61,931 nt of DNA, filler included, from 7 parts of 7 records of this genome joined end to end with filler, not necessarily neighbours in it, one strand, 5' to 3'; positions 50,720-61,879 are shown, counted from the whole stretch's first letter. A program made the numbers and translations. The notes: generated by a model not told the origin, from the letters alone.

Positions 50720-50819
50720 NNNNNNNNNNNNNNNNNNNNNNNNNNNNNNNNNNNNNNNNNNNNTTAATTAATTAANNNNNNNNNNNNNNNNNNNNNNNNN
50801 NNNNNNNNNNNNNNNNNNN
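50720..50819. other. Artificial contig spacer
   Basis: N44-TTAATTAATTAA-N44. Confidence 0.99.
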
Positions 50820-50921
50820 CCCCCGCCGGGCGTTACCCGGCACCGTGTTCCCGTGGAGCCCGGACTTTCCTCCCCCCATGCCCTTTCGGGAATATGGAGG
50901 GCGGCCATCCGACCGTCTGGC
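50820..50921 (-). ncRNA. rnpB: RNase P RNA (type A), 5' portion, truncated
   Basis: Minus strand GCCAGACGGTCGGATGGCCGC...GAGGAAAGTCCGGGCTCCACGG...GTGCCGGGTAACGCCCGGC; conserved GAGGAAAGUCC. Confidence 0.92.
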
Positions 50922-50996
50922 ACGTCTATAAGGGTAATCGGAATTTGGCCGGGGTCAAGGCGGCAGATCCGCCGCCAGGCCCTGATCATCAGCGAC

Positions 50997-51806
50997 TTAG
51001 AACATGTAGCCGACGGTGATGCCGCCGAACAACTGGTTCTCATCGCCGCGGTCCTTGACCACCGGGCTGTCGGCGGCGTCACCGACAAGCCGGGTGTAAT
51101 TGAGCATTCCCCGGACGCTCCAGCTTTCGGCAAAACCGTAGGACAGCGACGTCGACAGGCCGACGTCTTTGAGACCGCCCTCGGCGTCGAAGCGGGACAG
51201 GCCGCTGCGCGACGCGTTGTTGGCGTCGATGGTGAAAAAGGATTCCATGTAGTTGTCGTCGGCATAGGTCGCCGAAGCGCCCAGCGACCAGGTCAGATCG
51301 CCGAAAACGGGGCGCTGATAGCCGAGGCTGGCGGCCACCTGGGTTCCGTCATGGCCGTCGTTGACGTCCTTGGACGCATCCAGTCCGACCGAGACTTCGT
51401 AACGCGGGTCTCTCCGGTTGGCGAAGCGGTATTCGGCGAAAAATCCAACATCCAGGGATTTGTCGACCTCGCGCAGCAGTTTGACCTTGTCGTCCTCGAC
51501 ATCGTCGTCGCGGCCGCCGCCGTAGCTGATCGTCGGGCCGAAATCGAAGTTGTCGGCGGGAACCACGTTTACCTTCAGCGACGGCCCCATGACCTGCGCG
51601 TAATACCCCTGCCAGTTGAGCTGTATCATGCCGAACGGTATGGCCTCATAATCGTCCGATCCTTCGTAATCGGAGCTGAATCCGCCACCCAGCGACACAA
51701 AGCCGCCGAAACCCTCATCGCCGCCCCCGCCGTCCTGCGCCAAAGCCGGTCCGGTCACAAGAAGTCCGCCGATAGTCGTGGCGGCAAAGAAAGATAATAT
51801 CCTCAT
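50997..51806 (-). CDS. MipA/OmpV family outer membrane protein
   Basis: Signal peptide from ATG 51806; DYEGSDDY, YMESFF.I, RLVGDAADSPVV, terminal Phe. Confidence 0.9.
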   Translation of the reverse strand: MRILSFFAATTIGGLLVTGPALAQDGGGGDEGFGGFVSLGGGFSSDYEGSDDYEAIPFGMIQLNWQGYYAQVMGPSLKVNVVPADNFDFGPTISYGGGRDDDVEDDKVKLLREVDKSLDVGFFAEYRFANRRDPRYEVSVGLDASKDVNDGHDGTQVAASLGYQRPVFGDLTWSLGASATYADDNYMESFFTIDANNASRSGLSRFDAEGGLKDVGLSTSLSYGFAESWSVRGMLNYTRLVGDAADSPVVKDRGDENQLFGGITVGYMF

Positions 51807-52161
51807 TATTATTACGTCCCCCAAGTGGCCGGCGATGCCATAGATTCCCTTTCGGCCACCATCTGCCCGCCGCGATGTGTTTCCAATCAACTTATGGTCG
51901 GGTCAGGGCGGAATTGATGTGAAGAAGATCACACTTTACCCGCCGGGCGGGAAACAGTCCGGCCCGACGGGCGTCACGGCATGGTGGATTCGCGCGAGTT
52001 CGGGGGGCGCGCACCCAATTCGTCATTTCCGTGAATTCAGGAATCCTGAACCGCCGGGATCGGATGAATTCCGAATCGCAGGACTCGCCTATCGGAAATC
52101 ATTGATTTCCAAACTCGCCCGTCGTCCGTAACGCCGCGGAGATTTACGGAAGCTTACCGAT

Positions 52162-52518
52162 TCAAATCGGGCAATTGTTCCACATGGTGCGCCGATACTC
52201 CGCCTTCGACATCAGATCGCGAAACCGGTGAAGCGGAACCCAGAACATACGATCCGGATTGATGTCGTCGGGTGCGGGAAAGCCAGCCATCTCAAAAAGG
52301 CGTATAATTTCTAATCCCGTGAGACGTTGTTTGGTTCTGTCGCGCGAACCCATCAGTGTCGCCAAAAACATTTGAACCGGTTTGGATTGGAATTCGATCA
52401 AATGATCGAGATCCGCCTTCAACTCAACGTACAACGATGAGTCGGATATTGTGCGCACAGCGTTGTTCCGCCAAAGCGCATACCCCACGGCCTCTATCAA
52501 CGGAAATTTATTTGCCAC
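52162..52518 (-). CDS. Hypothetical protein paralogous to the C-terminal domain of the upstream amidase
   Basis: GGGAGG RBS then GTG 52518 (ORF track starts 52536); 48/105 ungapped identities to amidase tail by hand count. Confidence 0.8.
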   Translation of the reverse strand: MANKFPLIEAVGYALWRNNAVRTISDSSLYVELKADLDHLIEFQSKPVQMFLATLMGSRDRTKQRLTGLEIIRLFEMAGFPAPDDINPDRMFWVPLHRFRDLMSKAEYRRTMWNNCPI

Positions 52519-52665
52519 GATGATCCTCCCACACATAACCGCTGGAGAGGATACGCATTATGTACAATTTTTAGTTTAACTTCAAATGATCGAATTCGAA
52601 AGTTGTCCGAAATCCCAAGGCAGGATCGGACGCACCCCCTCCAACTGATACTTGGATGGCTCGTT

Positions 52666-53727
52666 TTATGGTTTTCCCAGGCGCGCTTCGGCTTCCGCCA
52701 TCAGCTTGGAAAAAAAGGTCAGGGAAATCCAGACCATGGCGTCCGGATTGATTTCTTCCGGCAAGGGCCGCCCCGCCATCCTAAGAAGACGCAGATATTC
52801 CAATCCCGTCAGGCGCTGCCGGCCAATGCTGCGGGCCCCCATGAAAAAACGGGTTACAACCCGGAAAGGGCTGGCTTCCCTGTCCTTCAGGCTTTCAAGA
52901 TCGGGCTTCCATTCGAGAAGAAGGTTCGCATCGGTGGTTTTTTCGACAAAACCATTGCGCCAAACGGCTTCTCGATCCGCCTCGATGGCGGGAAAACGCC
53001 TTCGTACCAAGCTTCCTACCGAGGGAATATCCGGTGGCTCTGGTTCTTCCTCGATGAGGCGACCATGTTCGGCCATCAGGTCGAGGGTCTCCATGTCCGG
53101 CGTGCCGTCGAATAGCCGTGGGCGGTACCTGCGTTGAAAGGCGACGACGGATTTCTGCAGGTCGACGGTTTCATAGCCGATGAGAGCAAGCAGACGCGCC
53201 GCTTCGATTTCGGGATCAGCCCTTTCGCCTTCGCGCAACTTACCGGTCGGCCAGAAACCGATACCGGCTTCGGCCAAGCGTTTCCAGTCGAACAGCTCAC
53301 CAGGATCTTCCTTGCGGCGCGGTGCGATGTCGCTGTGCCCAACGACGTTGCGGGTCGGGATGGAATGACGTCTCAAGATGTCCTGCGCCAGATCGATCAG
53401 CGCCGCCATCTGCGCCTTCGGAAAACTTCGATAGCCGAATTCGTGGCCCGGATTGACCAACTCGATGCCGATGGACCGGGCGTTGATGTCGGTCTCGCCG
53501 CGCCAATAGGCCTCGCCGGCATGCCAGGCCCGGCATGATTCCGCAACCAGGGGAACCACCGTGCCGTCCTCGTCGATCATATAATGGGCGCTGACCTTCG
53601 CGGCCAGATCGAGCATGCGCGCAAGCGCCGCCTCGGCCGTTTCCATGCCGGTATAGTGGATGACCAGCATGTCGATCGGAACGTCTTCCGGACGCTCGTC
53701 GAAATTGGGCGACGGAATGTCGATCAT
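52666..53727 (-). CDS. N-acetylmuramoyl-L-alanine amidase (Amidase_2, AmpD/AmiD-like) with extra C-terminal domain
   Basis: ATG 53727 MIDIPSPNFDERP; LVIHYT, SAHY, AWHAG, SIGIEL, GHSDIAP.RK.DPG; AFQRRYRP PG-binding-like segment; then about 110 extra aa. Confidence 0.92.
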   Translation of the reverse strand: MIDIPSPNFDERPEDVPIDMLVIHYTGMETAEAALARMLDLAAKVSAHYMIDEDGTVVPLVAESCRAWHAGEAYWRGETDINARSIGIELVNPGHEFGYRSFPKAQMAALIDLAQDILRRHSIPTRNVVGHSDIAPRRKEDPGELFDWKRLAEAGIGFWPTGKLREGERADPEIEAARLLALIGYETVDLQKSVVAFQRRYRPRLFDGTPDMETLDLMAEHGRLIEEEPEPPDIPSVGSLVRRRFPAIEADREAVWRNGFVEKTTDANLLLEWKPDLESLKDREASPFRVVTRFFMGARSIGRQRLTGLEYLRLLRMAGRPLPEEINPDAMVWISLTFFSKLMAEAEARLGKP

Positions 53728-53777
53728 GCAGCCCCGCTCCAGACATGAACGAACTGCATTGTCGCAACGATGGCGCG

Positions 53778-53811
53778 AAAACGAAAGGGGGAAGGCGTTG
53801 GCCCTCCCCCC
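53778..53811 (-). terminator. Intrinsic terminator after DUF1127 gene
   Basis: Minus strand GGGGGAGGGC-CAAC-GCCTTCCCCC-TTTCGTTTT. Confidence 0.7.
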
Positions 53812-53864
53812 ATCGGAGAATTCTGTAAGTGCCGTTGCGGGCCGGATGGCCCGAACCGCCCGGA

Positions 53865-54296
53865 TCAGGCGGCGCGGCGACGCGGCAACCAGTACCGCGG
53901 CTTCCTGGACTTGCCGGAAAGTCCGCCTTCGACGGCAACCAAGCCGGTGGCCGGTTCTTCCGCTTCGGGATCGATGCCGTCGAGCACCATCTGGATGCGG
54001 GCCGGAATCTCGTCCCGGGTCAGCCCAATGTCCTCGAGCTGGCGATCGCTGAGGCTGTTCAGGGCCTCGAAGGTGCGCTGGGCATTGAATGCCCGTGCGA
54101 CGACGGTAATTAACGTGGCGAACCCACCAGCGATCCATTTTACGGCTCCCCAGAGGGCGCCGCCGCCGATCGCCAGATGACGGGCAAGGGCTTCGCTGCG
54201 CAGACGTTCCGCTTCGCGCTGGAAACGGGCAACATCGTGCATGGTGTAGGTTTCAGGCTTCTCGAAAACGTCGTTCGAAATGATTGCTTCGTTCAT
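53865..54296 (-). CDS. DUF1127 (YjiS-like) domain protein
   Basis: RTFEALNSLSDRQLEDIGLTRDEI; GGAGA RBS. Confidence 0.88.
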   Translation of the reverse strand: MNEAIISNDVFEKPETYTMHDVARFQREAERLRSEALARHLAIGGGALWGAVKWIAGGFATLITVVARAFNAQRTFEALNSLSDRQLEDIGLTRDEIPARIQMVLDGIDPEAEEPATGLVAVEGGLSGKSRKPRYWLPRRRAA

Positions 54297-54579
54297 GGTC
54301 GTTCTCCGTGTTCAGCAAACGTCTGTTGGGCGTCTGTCGGTCAAAAACGTCTGCGTCTTCACGAACGCGGCCTCCGCCGCCGGTTATTGCTTTTAAGAAC
54401 TATTACAAATGATTATGAGTCTCAGTTGCGGTGTCTTCAAGTGACATTTTCATGAACCTCCCGGCGAAAAATACAAGCCTGCCATGCACTTAGCGCATGG
54501 CTGGTTGCGGTCGGCAGACCTGGATCGCCAGCCAATGCGGCACCTTCCAGGGCGACAGACACCCCTCACCCTCCCGCCC

Positions 54580-56030
54580 CTACTGCGATGAAGCGGTGCG
54601 GATATCGGGCCTGTCTTCACCGCCGAGGCCGAAGAAACGAACGATGCCGGTGAACAAACGCTCGGTCAGTTTTTGCCGGTGGTCGTCGATCATCTGCTGC
54701 GACGCCGCCTGCAACGATACGTCGTTGCGCATCTGCCGGTCGGCCAACGCCTCGCTCAAATGCCGGACCAGATCGGGCCTGGCCTGCAACAAGGGTTCGA
54801 TATCCTCGTGGGTAATCTCGAAAAGGACGGCGTCGATGCTGGGAATAACGGTGGCCGAGCGCGCCTCGCCGGTCAGCAGCGAGTTTTCGCCGAAGAACAT
54901 GCCAGGCGCCAGCCAGCCGACCGCCACGTCCTTGCCGCGTTCGTGGCGGACGGTGACGTCGAGGAATCCTTCCTTGACGACAAACAGCGACGCGTTGGAT
55001 TTCTCGCCCTGGCAGACCACCGCTTCGCCGGCGACGCACAGGCGCCGCCGCATCTTTTCGCGCAAAATCCCCAGTTCCGCGGTATCGAGGGACTTGAACA
55101 GTTCGATGCTGCGCAGGAAGCCGACATCCTCGGCGATCTCGTCCTTGCGATGGACCGGATGCGACAGGTCGAAATATTCGACCGCCCGGCGCGGCATGTT
55201 GACGCCGGCGTAATGCAAATTGCGCATGACGTTGCGCTGTACCTGATAGCGCAGGGTCGACATGCTTGGATAGTCCGGCACCCAGTAGCGCAGCTCCCAT
55301 TTGATGCCGCGTTCCAGGTATTCGATGATGCGCACCTCCGGCTTGCGCGGGATACGGGTCGATTCCGGAATCTGGCTGACCGCCGACAGCAGGATGCGCT
55401 CGGCCTGATGGGCGGTCACGTCGTAGCCCAGGGTGATCTCGAAATTGTCTCGGAAGAAATCGTCCGGCGAGTGGTAATTGGTGAAGGGCCGGGTCGCCAG
55501 CAGGCTGTTCGGCACCACCTTGGTGACCTCTTCCTTGGTGACGACGCGGGCGGCTCGCCAGTTGATCTCGGCGACGCGGCCAACGGTGCCGTCCTCCAAT
55601 TCGATCCAGTCACCTGTACGCAAGGGTTTTTCGATGCCAAGCGCAATGCCGGTAAAGACGTCGGCGATCATGTTGCGCAGCGCAAAACCGATGACCGCGA
55701 TGGTGACGCCCGATGTCGTCAGCAGGCCGGTGGTATCGACCTCGAAAACCAGGCCGAGAACCAGGAAGGCGGCGGCCAGCCACACCACCATGCCGACCAG
55801 GTCCGTGAGCATCTTGGGCACGGCGATGCCCGAACGCCGCTCGAACCAGCCTTTCCAGACGAAGATATGAAGCGCCCGGTTGCCGGCCAGGGCGATCAGC
55901 CCCCAGAACAGGATAGCGACGATGCGATGCGCCCATACGGTCTTGCCGTTGACGAAACCGAGGCCGAGCGCTTCGAAAATCTGGAACCAGGAATCGTACA
56001 GAATTGCACAGACGGCCGCCCCCGCGACCG
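54580..56030 (-). CDS. MscS-family channel with C-terminal cNMP-binding domain, 5' truncated
   Basis: GFALRN.IADVFTGI, GDWI, GRVAEINWRA, VPNS; VVCQGE, FFGENSLLTGEARSATV; frame open to contig edge. Confidence 0.9.
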
Positions 56031-56130
56031 NNNNNNNNNNNNNNNNNNNNNNNNNNNNNNNNNNNNNNNNNNNNTTAATTAATTAANNNNNNNNNNNNNN
56101 NNNNNNNNNNNNNNNNNNNNNNNNNNNNNN
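56031..56130. other. Artificial contig spacer
   Basis: N44-TTAATTAATTAA-N44. Confidence 0.99.
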
Positions 56131-56879
56131 GCGAAGATCTTTCGCCGCTCGACGAGGCCGAGGGATTTCGCCGCCTGAAAGAGGAGTTTTCCTATACCCA
56201 GGCGGCTCTGGCCGCGTCTCTCGGCAAAAGCCGAAGCCATGTCGCCAATACCATGCGCCTTCTCAATTTGCCGGCACCGATCAAGGATATGATCGAACGT
56301 GGCACGCTTTCCGCCGGCCATGCCAGAGCTTTGCTGAATGCCGACGAGCCACTAGAGTTGGCGCGCACCGTGGCGCGGCGCGGGTTGAATGTGCGCCAGA
56401 CCGAAAAACTGGTACAGCGGGAAAACCGGCCGGCGAAACCCCGATCCACTGGCAAGGATTCCGATACCCTGGCCCTCGAACGGGATCTTTCCAACTTGCT
56501 CGGGCTCAAAGTCGGCATCCGGTTCAAGGGCGGATCGGGAACATTGACCATCAAATACCGGTCGATCGAGCAGTTGGACGACATCCTGCACAAGCTCAGC
56601 CAGGGTGCCCATGGTGCACCGCACGATGATGGCGTCGATGATGCCGATGATGCCGGTGGCGACGGCGACGGATCCCCTGTCTGGCCGGCAAAGACGACAG
56701 CGCCCCAGTTCGAAACCGCCGATCCGGCCAAACTGGAAGTCGATTTTTCCGATCCGGAAATGGAGGACGTCGAGCCCGCGAATGATGAACGGCCGGGTTT
56801 CGATGCCGCGGCCGAACCCGATACGATTGCCGGAATTCCCGTCGCGCCGCCCGACGATCCGACCGAAGACCCCCTTTAA
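56131..56879 (+). CDS. parB: Chromosome partition protein ParB, 5' truncated
   Basis: EDLSPLDEA...TQAALA..LGKSRSHVANTMRLL.LP, LSAGHARALL, LNVRQTE; convergent with holA. Confidence 0.93.
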
Positions 56880-56959
56880 TTGCCCAATAAACCGGGCCCA
56901 AGGATCGTTACTAAATCGAAACATATATCGTTGCGGAAACGATATAAGGCCGCGTTTTT

Positions 56960-58000
56960 CTAAGATCGAATGCCACGTTTCGGTGCCGCCTGCGAAATGC
57001 GCAACAACGCGCGGCCGCAAACCGCTTCGGCCGGCATGCCCGTCGTCTTGCAGTCCATCTCGGCCTCCAACAGAAGATCGAGGGCACGCGCCAGCCGATC
57101 GAGGGTCCAGCTCCGGGATTGGGCGAGAAAGGCGTCTTCCCACAGAAAGATGACCGGCGGCCGAAGCTTGGCCATGGCTTTTCCAGCAGGCAATCCGGCG
57201 GCGATGTTTCCACAAACCAGATGCAGGCGCTGGAAATGGCGGGCCGCGGCGCGCAGAACCGCAATCGGCGAAACCCCTTCGCCGAGGACCCGGGTGAGGG
57301 ATCTTTCCAGTTCACGGGCATCGCCGCCGGCAGCGGAATACACAACCGAATCCAATGAACTGGCGGCGCTGTCGCCAATACAGGCTTGGGCATCGGCCAG
57401 CGAAACCTCCGTTGCCGTGCCCATGTAAATCGACAGTTTTTCCAGTTCGCCGCGGGTTACGGTACGGTCGGCGCCCAGATTTTCGCTAAGATAGGCCATG
57501 GCATCCCGGGACGCGGTCAGTCCATGTTGATTCAGACTCTCGGTTATGACGGCGCGCAGGTTACGCCCGCCGTCGACATAACAGGCGATGGACGCCGCCG
57601 CCGTCTTGGCGCCTTCGAAAAGACGGCGCAGCGACGATCTTTTGCTCAGATCGCCGCTTTCGAGGACGACAAAACCGTCACGGATCGCCGGCGATCCAAG
57701 GAAAGCCTTGAAAACGCCGGTCATGTCGTCGCCGGCATCGCGAATCCGGACGACTTTGCGCCCCCCGCCAAAAGGAATGGCCGCGGCCTCGTCGGACAGA
57801 CGGGCCGGATCGGCTTTTATCGCGGCCGGGGTCAGTTCGGCAATCGCAAACGGGTCGGCCGGTTCGCCGACGATGGCCTTCATCAGGGTTGCCGAGCGTT
57901 CCCTGACCAACCCCCGGTCCGGACCGAAAAACAGCACGGCCATCAGGCCCGCATCGGGATTGCCCAGAAAGGATCGGATGCGGGCGCCGGTGATCCTCAT
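56960..58000 (-). CDS. holA: DNA polymerase III delta subunit
   Basis: LFFGPDRGLVRE, DPARLSDEAAAIPFGGGR, LGADR..TRGELEKL; leuS-lptE-holA synteny. Confidence 0.93.
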   Translation of the reverse strand: MRITGARIRSFLGNPDAGLMAVLFFGPDRGLVRERSATLMKAIVGEPADPFAIAELTPAAIKADPARLSDEAAAIPFGGGRKVVRIRDAGDDMTGVFKAFLGSPAIRDGFVVLESGDLSKRSSLRRLFEGAKTAAASIACYVDGGRNLRAVITESLNQHGLTASRDAMAYLSENLGADRTVTRGELEKLSIYMGTATEVSLADAQACIGDSAASSLDSVVYSAAGGDARELERSLTRVLGEGVSPIAVLRAAARHFQRLHLVCGNIAAGLPAGKAMAKLRPPVIFLWEDAFLAQSRSWTLDRLARALDLLLEAEMDCKTTGMPAEAVCGRALLRISQAAPKRGIRS

Positions 58001-58521
58001 TTTTTCGGAACGCGGGGCGCCTGTTTCGGTAGCTTGAAATAGGCCGAAAGGCGGACCTGTATATCCCTGGCCAGTTCTTTGACCAACCGGTCGCGAACGC
58101 CCTGTTCCGCCATCAGGTTGGAGAAATCCGACTGGAGGATGTTGAACGAGCCGATAAGGGAACTCTGGCCGCTGTATACTTTTTCCCCGGAGGCCTCGTC
58201 GAAAAGCCTGAACGTTGCTTTCAGCGACAAATTGGCTCGGGTTGCGACCTCGCTTTTCTTGACCGCCAGTCCCGAAATGCTCTCGCGAAGTTCAACGTCC
58301 AGATTGTATTTCGGACGGGCCGGCTGCCCCAAGGGGGTCAAAAGATCGAATAATTCATTGCGTAACTGCTGGCCGATCCGATCGGCGATCGGCACTACCC
58401 GTACTGTCGCCATTTCACGGGAAGCCGGACTGTTTTTCCCGCCCCCGTAAAGGGGCTGGTATCCGCAGGCACCCAAAAGAAGTGCGGCCGCAAGAACGGC
58501 AGATAATCTATACCACCACAT
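57997..58521 (-). CDS. lptE: LPS assembly lipoprotein LptE
   Basis: ATG 58521, lipobox [20 protein letters not shown]; between leuS and holA. Confidence 0.88.
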   Translation of the reverse strand: MWWYRLSAVLAAALLLGACGYQPLYGGGKNSPASREMATVRVVPIADRIGQQLRNELFDLLTPLGQPARPKYNLDVELRESISGLAVKKSEVATRANLSLKATFRLFDEASGEKVYSGQSSLIGSFNILQSDFSNLMAEQGVRDRLVKELARDIQVRLSAYFKLPKQAPRVPKK

Positions 58522-61072
58522 TGACAATCCTGTTGGGTATGATGATGACCTTCCTCGGATCCTTACCATCCATGGCCTTAATCACATTGGGCACGACAAG
58601 GGCGGCCTTTTCAACCACTTCCTTGGCCGCGTCCTTGGGCAGGTCGACGGTGCCGCGCAACTTGCCGTTGACCTGCACGGCAATGGTGACGCTGTCTTCC
58701 TCCAGCAGGCCGGGATCGAATTGGGGCCACGGGGCGTCGGCCAAAAGGGTTTCGTAGCCGAGTTTCAGCCACAGTTCCTCGCCCAAATGCGGCATCATCG
58801 GACCGATCAGGCATACGACCGTTTCCAGTCCGTTACGCAATACCCAGGCCGCCCCCTCGTCGCTTCCGTTAAGGGTATCCAATCCGTTGGTCAGTTCGCG
58901 AATGCGGGCAACCGCCTTGTTGAAATGGAACCGATCGAGGTCGTCGGATACCGCCGCCACGGTTTTGTGCGTCAAACGGTGGATCCTATCGACCGCCGCC
59001 GCCATTGCCGAGGGTGCCGGCGTACCGCGGTCCGGCAGCGGAATCGACGGCTGATCGATCAATCGCCACAACCGGTTCACATAGCGCCACGCCCCTTCGA
59101 TCCCGGCGTCCGTCCAATCGAGATCGTGACCGGGCGGGCTGTCCGACAGCATGAACAGACGTGCCGTGTCGGCGCCGTAGGTTTCCAAGGTTTCCTCGGG
59201 GTCGACGACGTTGCGTTTCGACTTGCTCATTTTTTCTGACCGGCCGACCGTTACCGGTGCGCCGGTTTCGGCATGAACAAATCTGCCGTCTTCTGTTTCC
59301 GTCACATCGGTCGGAAACAGCCAGTCGCCGTCTTCGCTCTGGAAGGTCTGATGACAGATCATGCCCTGGGTCATCAATCCGTCAAACGGTTCGGCGACAC
59401 CGATATATCCGCAATCCCTGAGCGCGCGGGTGAAAAAGCGCGAATAGAGCAAATGCAGAACCGCATGTTCGACGCCACCGATGTACTGGTCGACCGGCAT
59501 CCAATAATCAACGGCCTGGCGGGTAAAAGCCTCGTTCGCCTGAGCCGAGCAATAGCGCGAAAAATACCAGGAGGACTCGAAAAAGGTGTCGAAGGTATCG
59601 GTTTCCCGGCGGGCTGGACGGCCGCATTCGGGGCAATCGACGTGTTTCCAGGTCGGATGGTGCTCAAGCGGATTGCCGGCCTTGTCGAAGGTGACGTCCT
59701 CCGGCAGGCGGACCGGCAGGTCGTCTTCCGGCACCGGCACGACACCGCAGGTTTCGCAGTGCACGATCGGGATGGGGCAGCCCCAATAGCGTTGACGCGA
59801 TACACCCCAGTCCCGCAGGCGGTAATTGATGGCTTTTTCGCCGGCGTCGGCGGCCTGCAGGCGGGAAGCGATCTCGTCCTTGGCGACCTCGATGGCCATA
59901 CCGTCGAGGAAGTTTGAGTTGATCAGCCTGCCGTCGCCGGTATAGGCCTCGTTCGCAACCTCGAATTCAGCCGCATCGACATCTTCCGGGGCAACCACGG
60001 GAACCACGTCGAGTCCGTATTTGCGGGCAAAATCGAGGTCGCGCTGGTCATGTGCCGGGCAGCCGAAAATGGCACCGGTCCCATATTCCATAAGCACGAA
60101 GTTGGCGACGTATACCGGCAGTTCCTTGCCATCGACGAAGGGATGCAGGGCGCGAATTCCGGTGTCGAACCCTTCCTTTTCCGCCGTTTCAATTGCCGCT
60201 TCGCTGGTGCCAAGCCGGTTGCACGCGTCGATAAACGAACGCAAATCGGGGTTCGTTTTGGCCAGTTCGAGCGCGATCGGATGATTGGCCGCGATGGCAC
60301 AGAAAGACGCACCGAATATGGTGTCCTGACGGGTCGTATAAACCTCCAGCCGGTCGTCCCTGTTCTTCAACGAGAAGAACATCCGGGCCCCTTCCGAGCG
60401 GCCGATCCAATTGGCCTGCATCAGCCGGACCCGATCCGGCCAGCGGTCGAGCCCGCCAATCGCCTCCAACAGTTCGTCGGCGTATTGCGTGATCCGCAGG
60501 AACCATTGGCTCAATTCCCGTTTTTCGATCGGTGCGCCGGACCGCCATCCCTTACCGTCGATGACCTGTTCGTTGGCCAGCACCGTCTGCTCGACCGGAT
60601 CCCAATTGACCCAGGATTGCCGGCGATAGGCCAGCCCGGCCTTGAGGAAATCGAGGAACATTTTTTGTTCGTGCCGGTAATAGTCCGGCTCGCAAGTGGC
60701 CAGTTCCCGCGACCAGTCATAGGACAGGCCCATGCGCTTCAGTTGCCGGCGCATCGCTTTGATATTCTGGCGGGTCCATTCCGCCGGCGGCACGTTGTTG
60801 GCGATCGCGGCGTTTTCGGCCGGCAGTCCGAAGGCGTCCCAGCCCATCGGATGCAACACATTGAAGCCCCGCGCTTTTTTGTAGCGCGCGACAACATCGC
60901 CGAGGGTGTAATTGCGGACATGGCCGACGTGAATGCGGCCGGATGGATAGGGAAACATCTCGAGGACGTAGTATTTAGGCTTTCCCGGATCCTCGGTTAC
61001 CTCGAAGCAGCCCCGTTCTTCCCATGTCTTTTGCCATTTGGATTCGGTCTTCTTGAAATTGTAGCGCGCCAT
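58508..61072 (-). CDS. leuS: Leucine--tRNA ligase
   Basis: [49 protein letters not shown]. Confidence 0.98.
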   Translation of the reverse strand: MARYNFKKTESKWQKTWEERGCFEVTEDPGKPKYYVLEMFPYPSGRIHVGHVRNYTLGDVVARYKKARGFNVLHPMGWDAFGLPAENAAIANNVPPAEWTRQNIKAMRRQLKRMGLSYDWSRELATCEPDYYRHEQKMFLDFLKAGLAYRRQSWVNWDPVEQTVLANEQVIDGKGWRSGAPIEKRELSQWFLRITQYADELLEAIGGLDRWPDRVRLMQANWIGRSEGARMFFSLKNRDDRLEVYTTRQDTIFGASFCAIAANHPIALELAKTNPDLRSFIDACNRLGTSEAAIETAEKEGFDTGIRALHPFVDGKELPVYVANFVLMEYGTGAIFGCPAHDQRDLDFARKYGLDVVPVVAPEDVDAAEFEVANEAYTGDGRLINSNFLDGMAIEVAKDEIASRLQAADAGEKAINYRLRDWGVSRQRYWGCPIPIVHCETCGVVPVPEDDLPVRLPEDVTFDKAGNPLEHHPTWKHVDCPECGRPARRETDTFDTFFESSWYFSRYCSAQANEAFTRQAVDYWMPVDQYIGGVEHAVLHLLYSRFFTRALRDCGYIGVAEPFDGLMTQGMICHQTFQSEDGDWLFPTDVTETEDGRFVHAETGAPVTVGRSEKMSKSKRNVVDPEETLETYGADTARLFMLSDSPPGHDLDWTDAGIEGAWRYVNRLWRLIDQPSIPLPDRGTPAPSAMAAAVDRIHRLTHKTVAAVSDDLDRFHFNKAVARIRELTNGLDTLNGSDEGAAWVLRNGLETVVCLIGPMMPHLGEELWLKLGYETLLADAPWPQFDPGLLEEDSVTIAVQVNGKLRGTVDLPKDAAKEVVEKAALVVPNVIKAMDGKDPRKVIIIPNRIVNVVV

Positions 61073-61215
61073 GTTTTCAGTTCTTCACAAGATTCGGGTT
61101 GAGTTTTTCCGGGCCGGCTTTGGCCGGGCCTCCGACCGTCCCAAAAAATGCAAAGTGTCACTTCCGCGTGCCCGGCACGAAAAAATTTCCGGCGGGCGGA
61201 CTCCGGAAACCGTTT

Positions 61216-61767
61216 CTATCGTTCCGCGGAATCATACCTGAGTTGCCGCGCCTTCATCAGAATTGCGTCTTCGATCTTGGTTCCGACGCCTTCCGCAACC
61301 GGCGCATCGCGCCAGGACGGACCGTCCTGCACCTGCCGGAACACGGCGACACGAACGCCATCGGCCCGAAGGGCACGGCCGAGGATGTAAATATTCAGCT
61401 TGAACCGTTCGTCGGCCGGTGCTTCGTTCGGCGTATGCCAATCGGTAATGATGACACCGCCGAAGGGATCGGCGGAATTGACCGGCATGAATGTGACCGT
61501 GTCCAAAGACGCCCGCCACAGGAAGGAATTGACGCCGATGCCGCCGCCGGCATCGAGCTCCGATGGTCTTTCCGTACCGCCGACCGTGAAGGCGTCATCG
61601 CCGAATAGCTTGCCGGTGGCCTGCCGTCTGATCTCATCGGGAGACTGGACCGAATCGACGGTGGTCCGTTCCGTCTTGACACCGGAACAGCCAACGAGGG
61701 TGCTTCCAAGCAGGATAGCGGATGCCAGGAACGCAGCACTGCGGAATACAGGTTTCATGGGCGGCAA
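61216..61767 (-). CDS. DUF3576 lipoprotein
   Basis: LVGC lipobox; VNSFLWRASLDT..FMP..SADPFGGVIITDW; upstream of leuS. Confidence 0.9.
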   Translation of the reverse strand: MPPMKPVFRSAAFLASAILLGSTLVGCSGVKTERTTVDSVQSPDEIRRQATGKLFGDDAFTVGGTERPSELDAGGGIGVNSFLWRASLDTVTFMPVNSADPFGGVIITDWHTPNEAPADERFKLNIYILGRALRADGVRVAVFRQVQDGPSWRDAPVAEGVGTKIEDAILMKARQLRYDSAER

Positions 61768-61823
61768 TATACTCGAACTGGCCTCAAAACATCCAGGAAT
61801 TTGAAGCGCCGACTAGGACGCCG

Positions 61824-61855
61824 AAAAAAGAAAGGGCGGCGCAAGGCGCCGCCCT
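61824..61855 (-). terminator. Intrinsic terminator after porin gene
   Basis: AGGGCGGCGC-CTT-GCGCCGCCCT-TTCTTTTTT on minus strand. Confidence 0.8.
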
Positions 61856-61879
61856 CCCTCAACCGAATGTAAAATTCGA

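Noticed and set aside
50853-51797. Long antisense ORFs in GC-rich contigs (also 49317-50495, 54673-56082, 60050-61102)
   Set aside because: Opposite well-supported genes; expected from stop-codon scarcity in GC-rich DNA.
53760-53865. Cuckoo-type sRNAs downstream of DUF1127
   Set aside because: No CCUCCUCCC hairpin repeats on the coding strand; only a terminator.
53728-54138. 137-aa N-terminal extension of the amidase ORF
   Set aside because: Overlaps the DUF1127 gene and its terminator; ATG 53727 has an RBS and the typical PSPNF start.
56924-56946. TATATCGTT-N5-AACGATATA inverted repeat after parB as parS
   Set aside because: Does not match TGTTTCACGTGAAACA; more likely a weak terminator between convergent genes.
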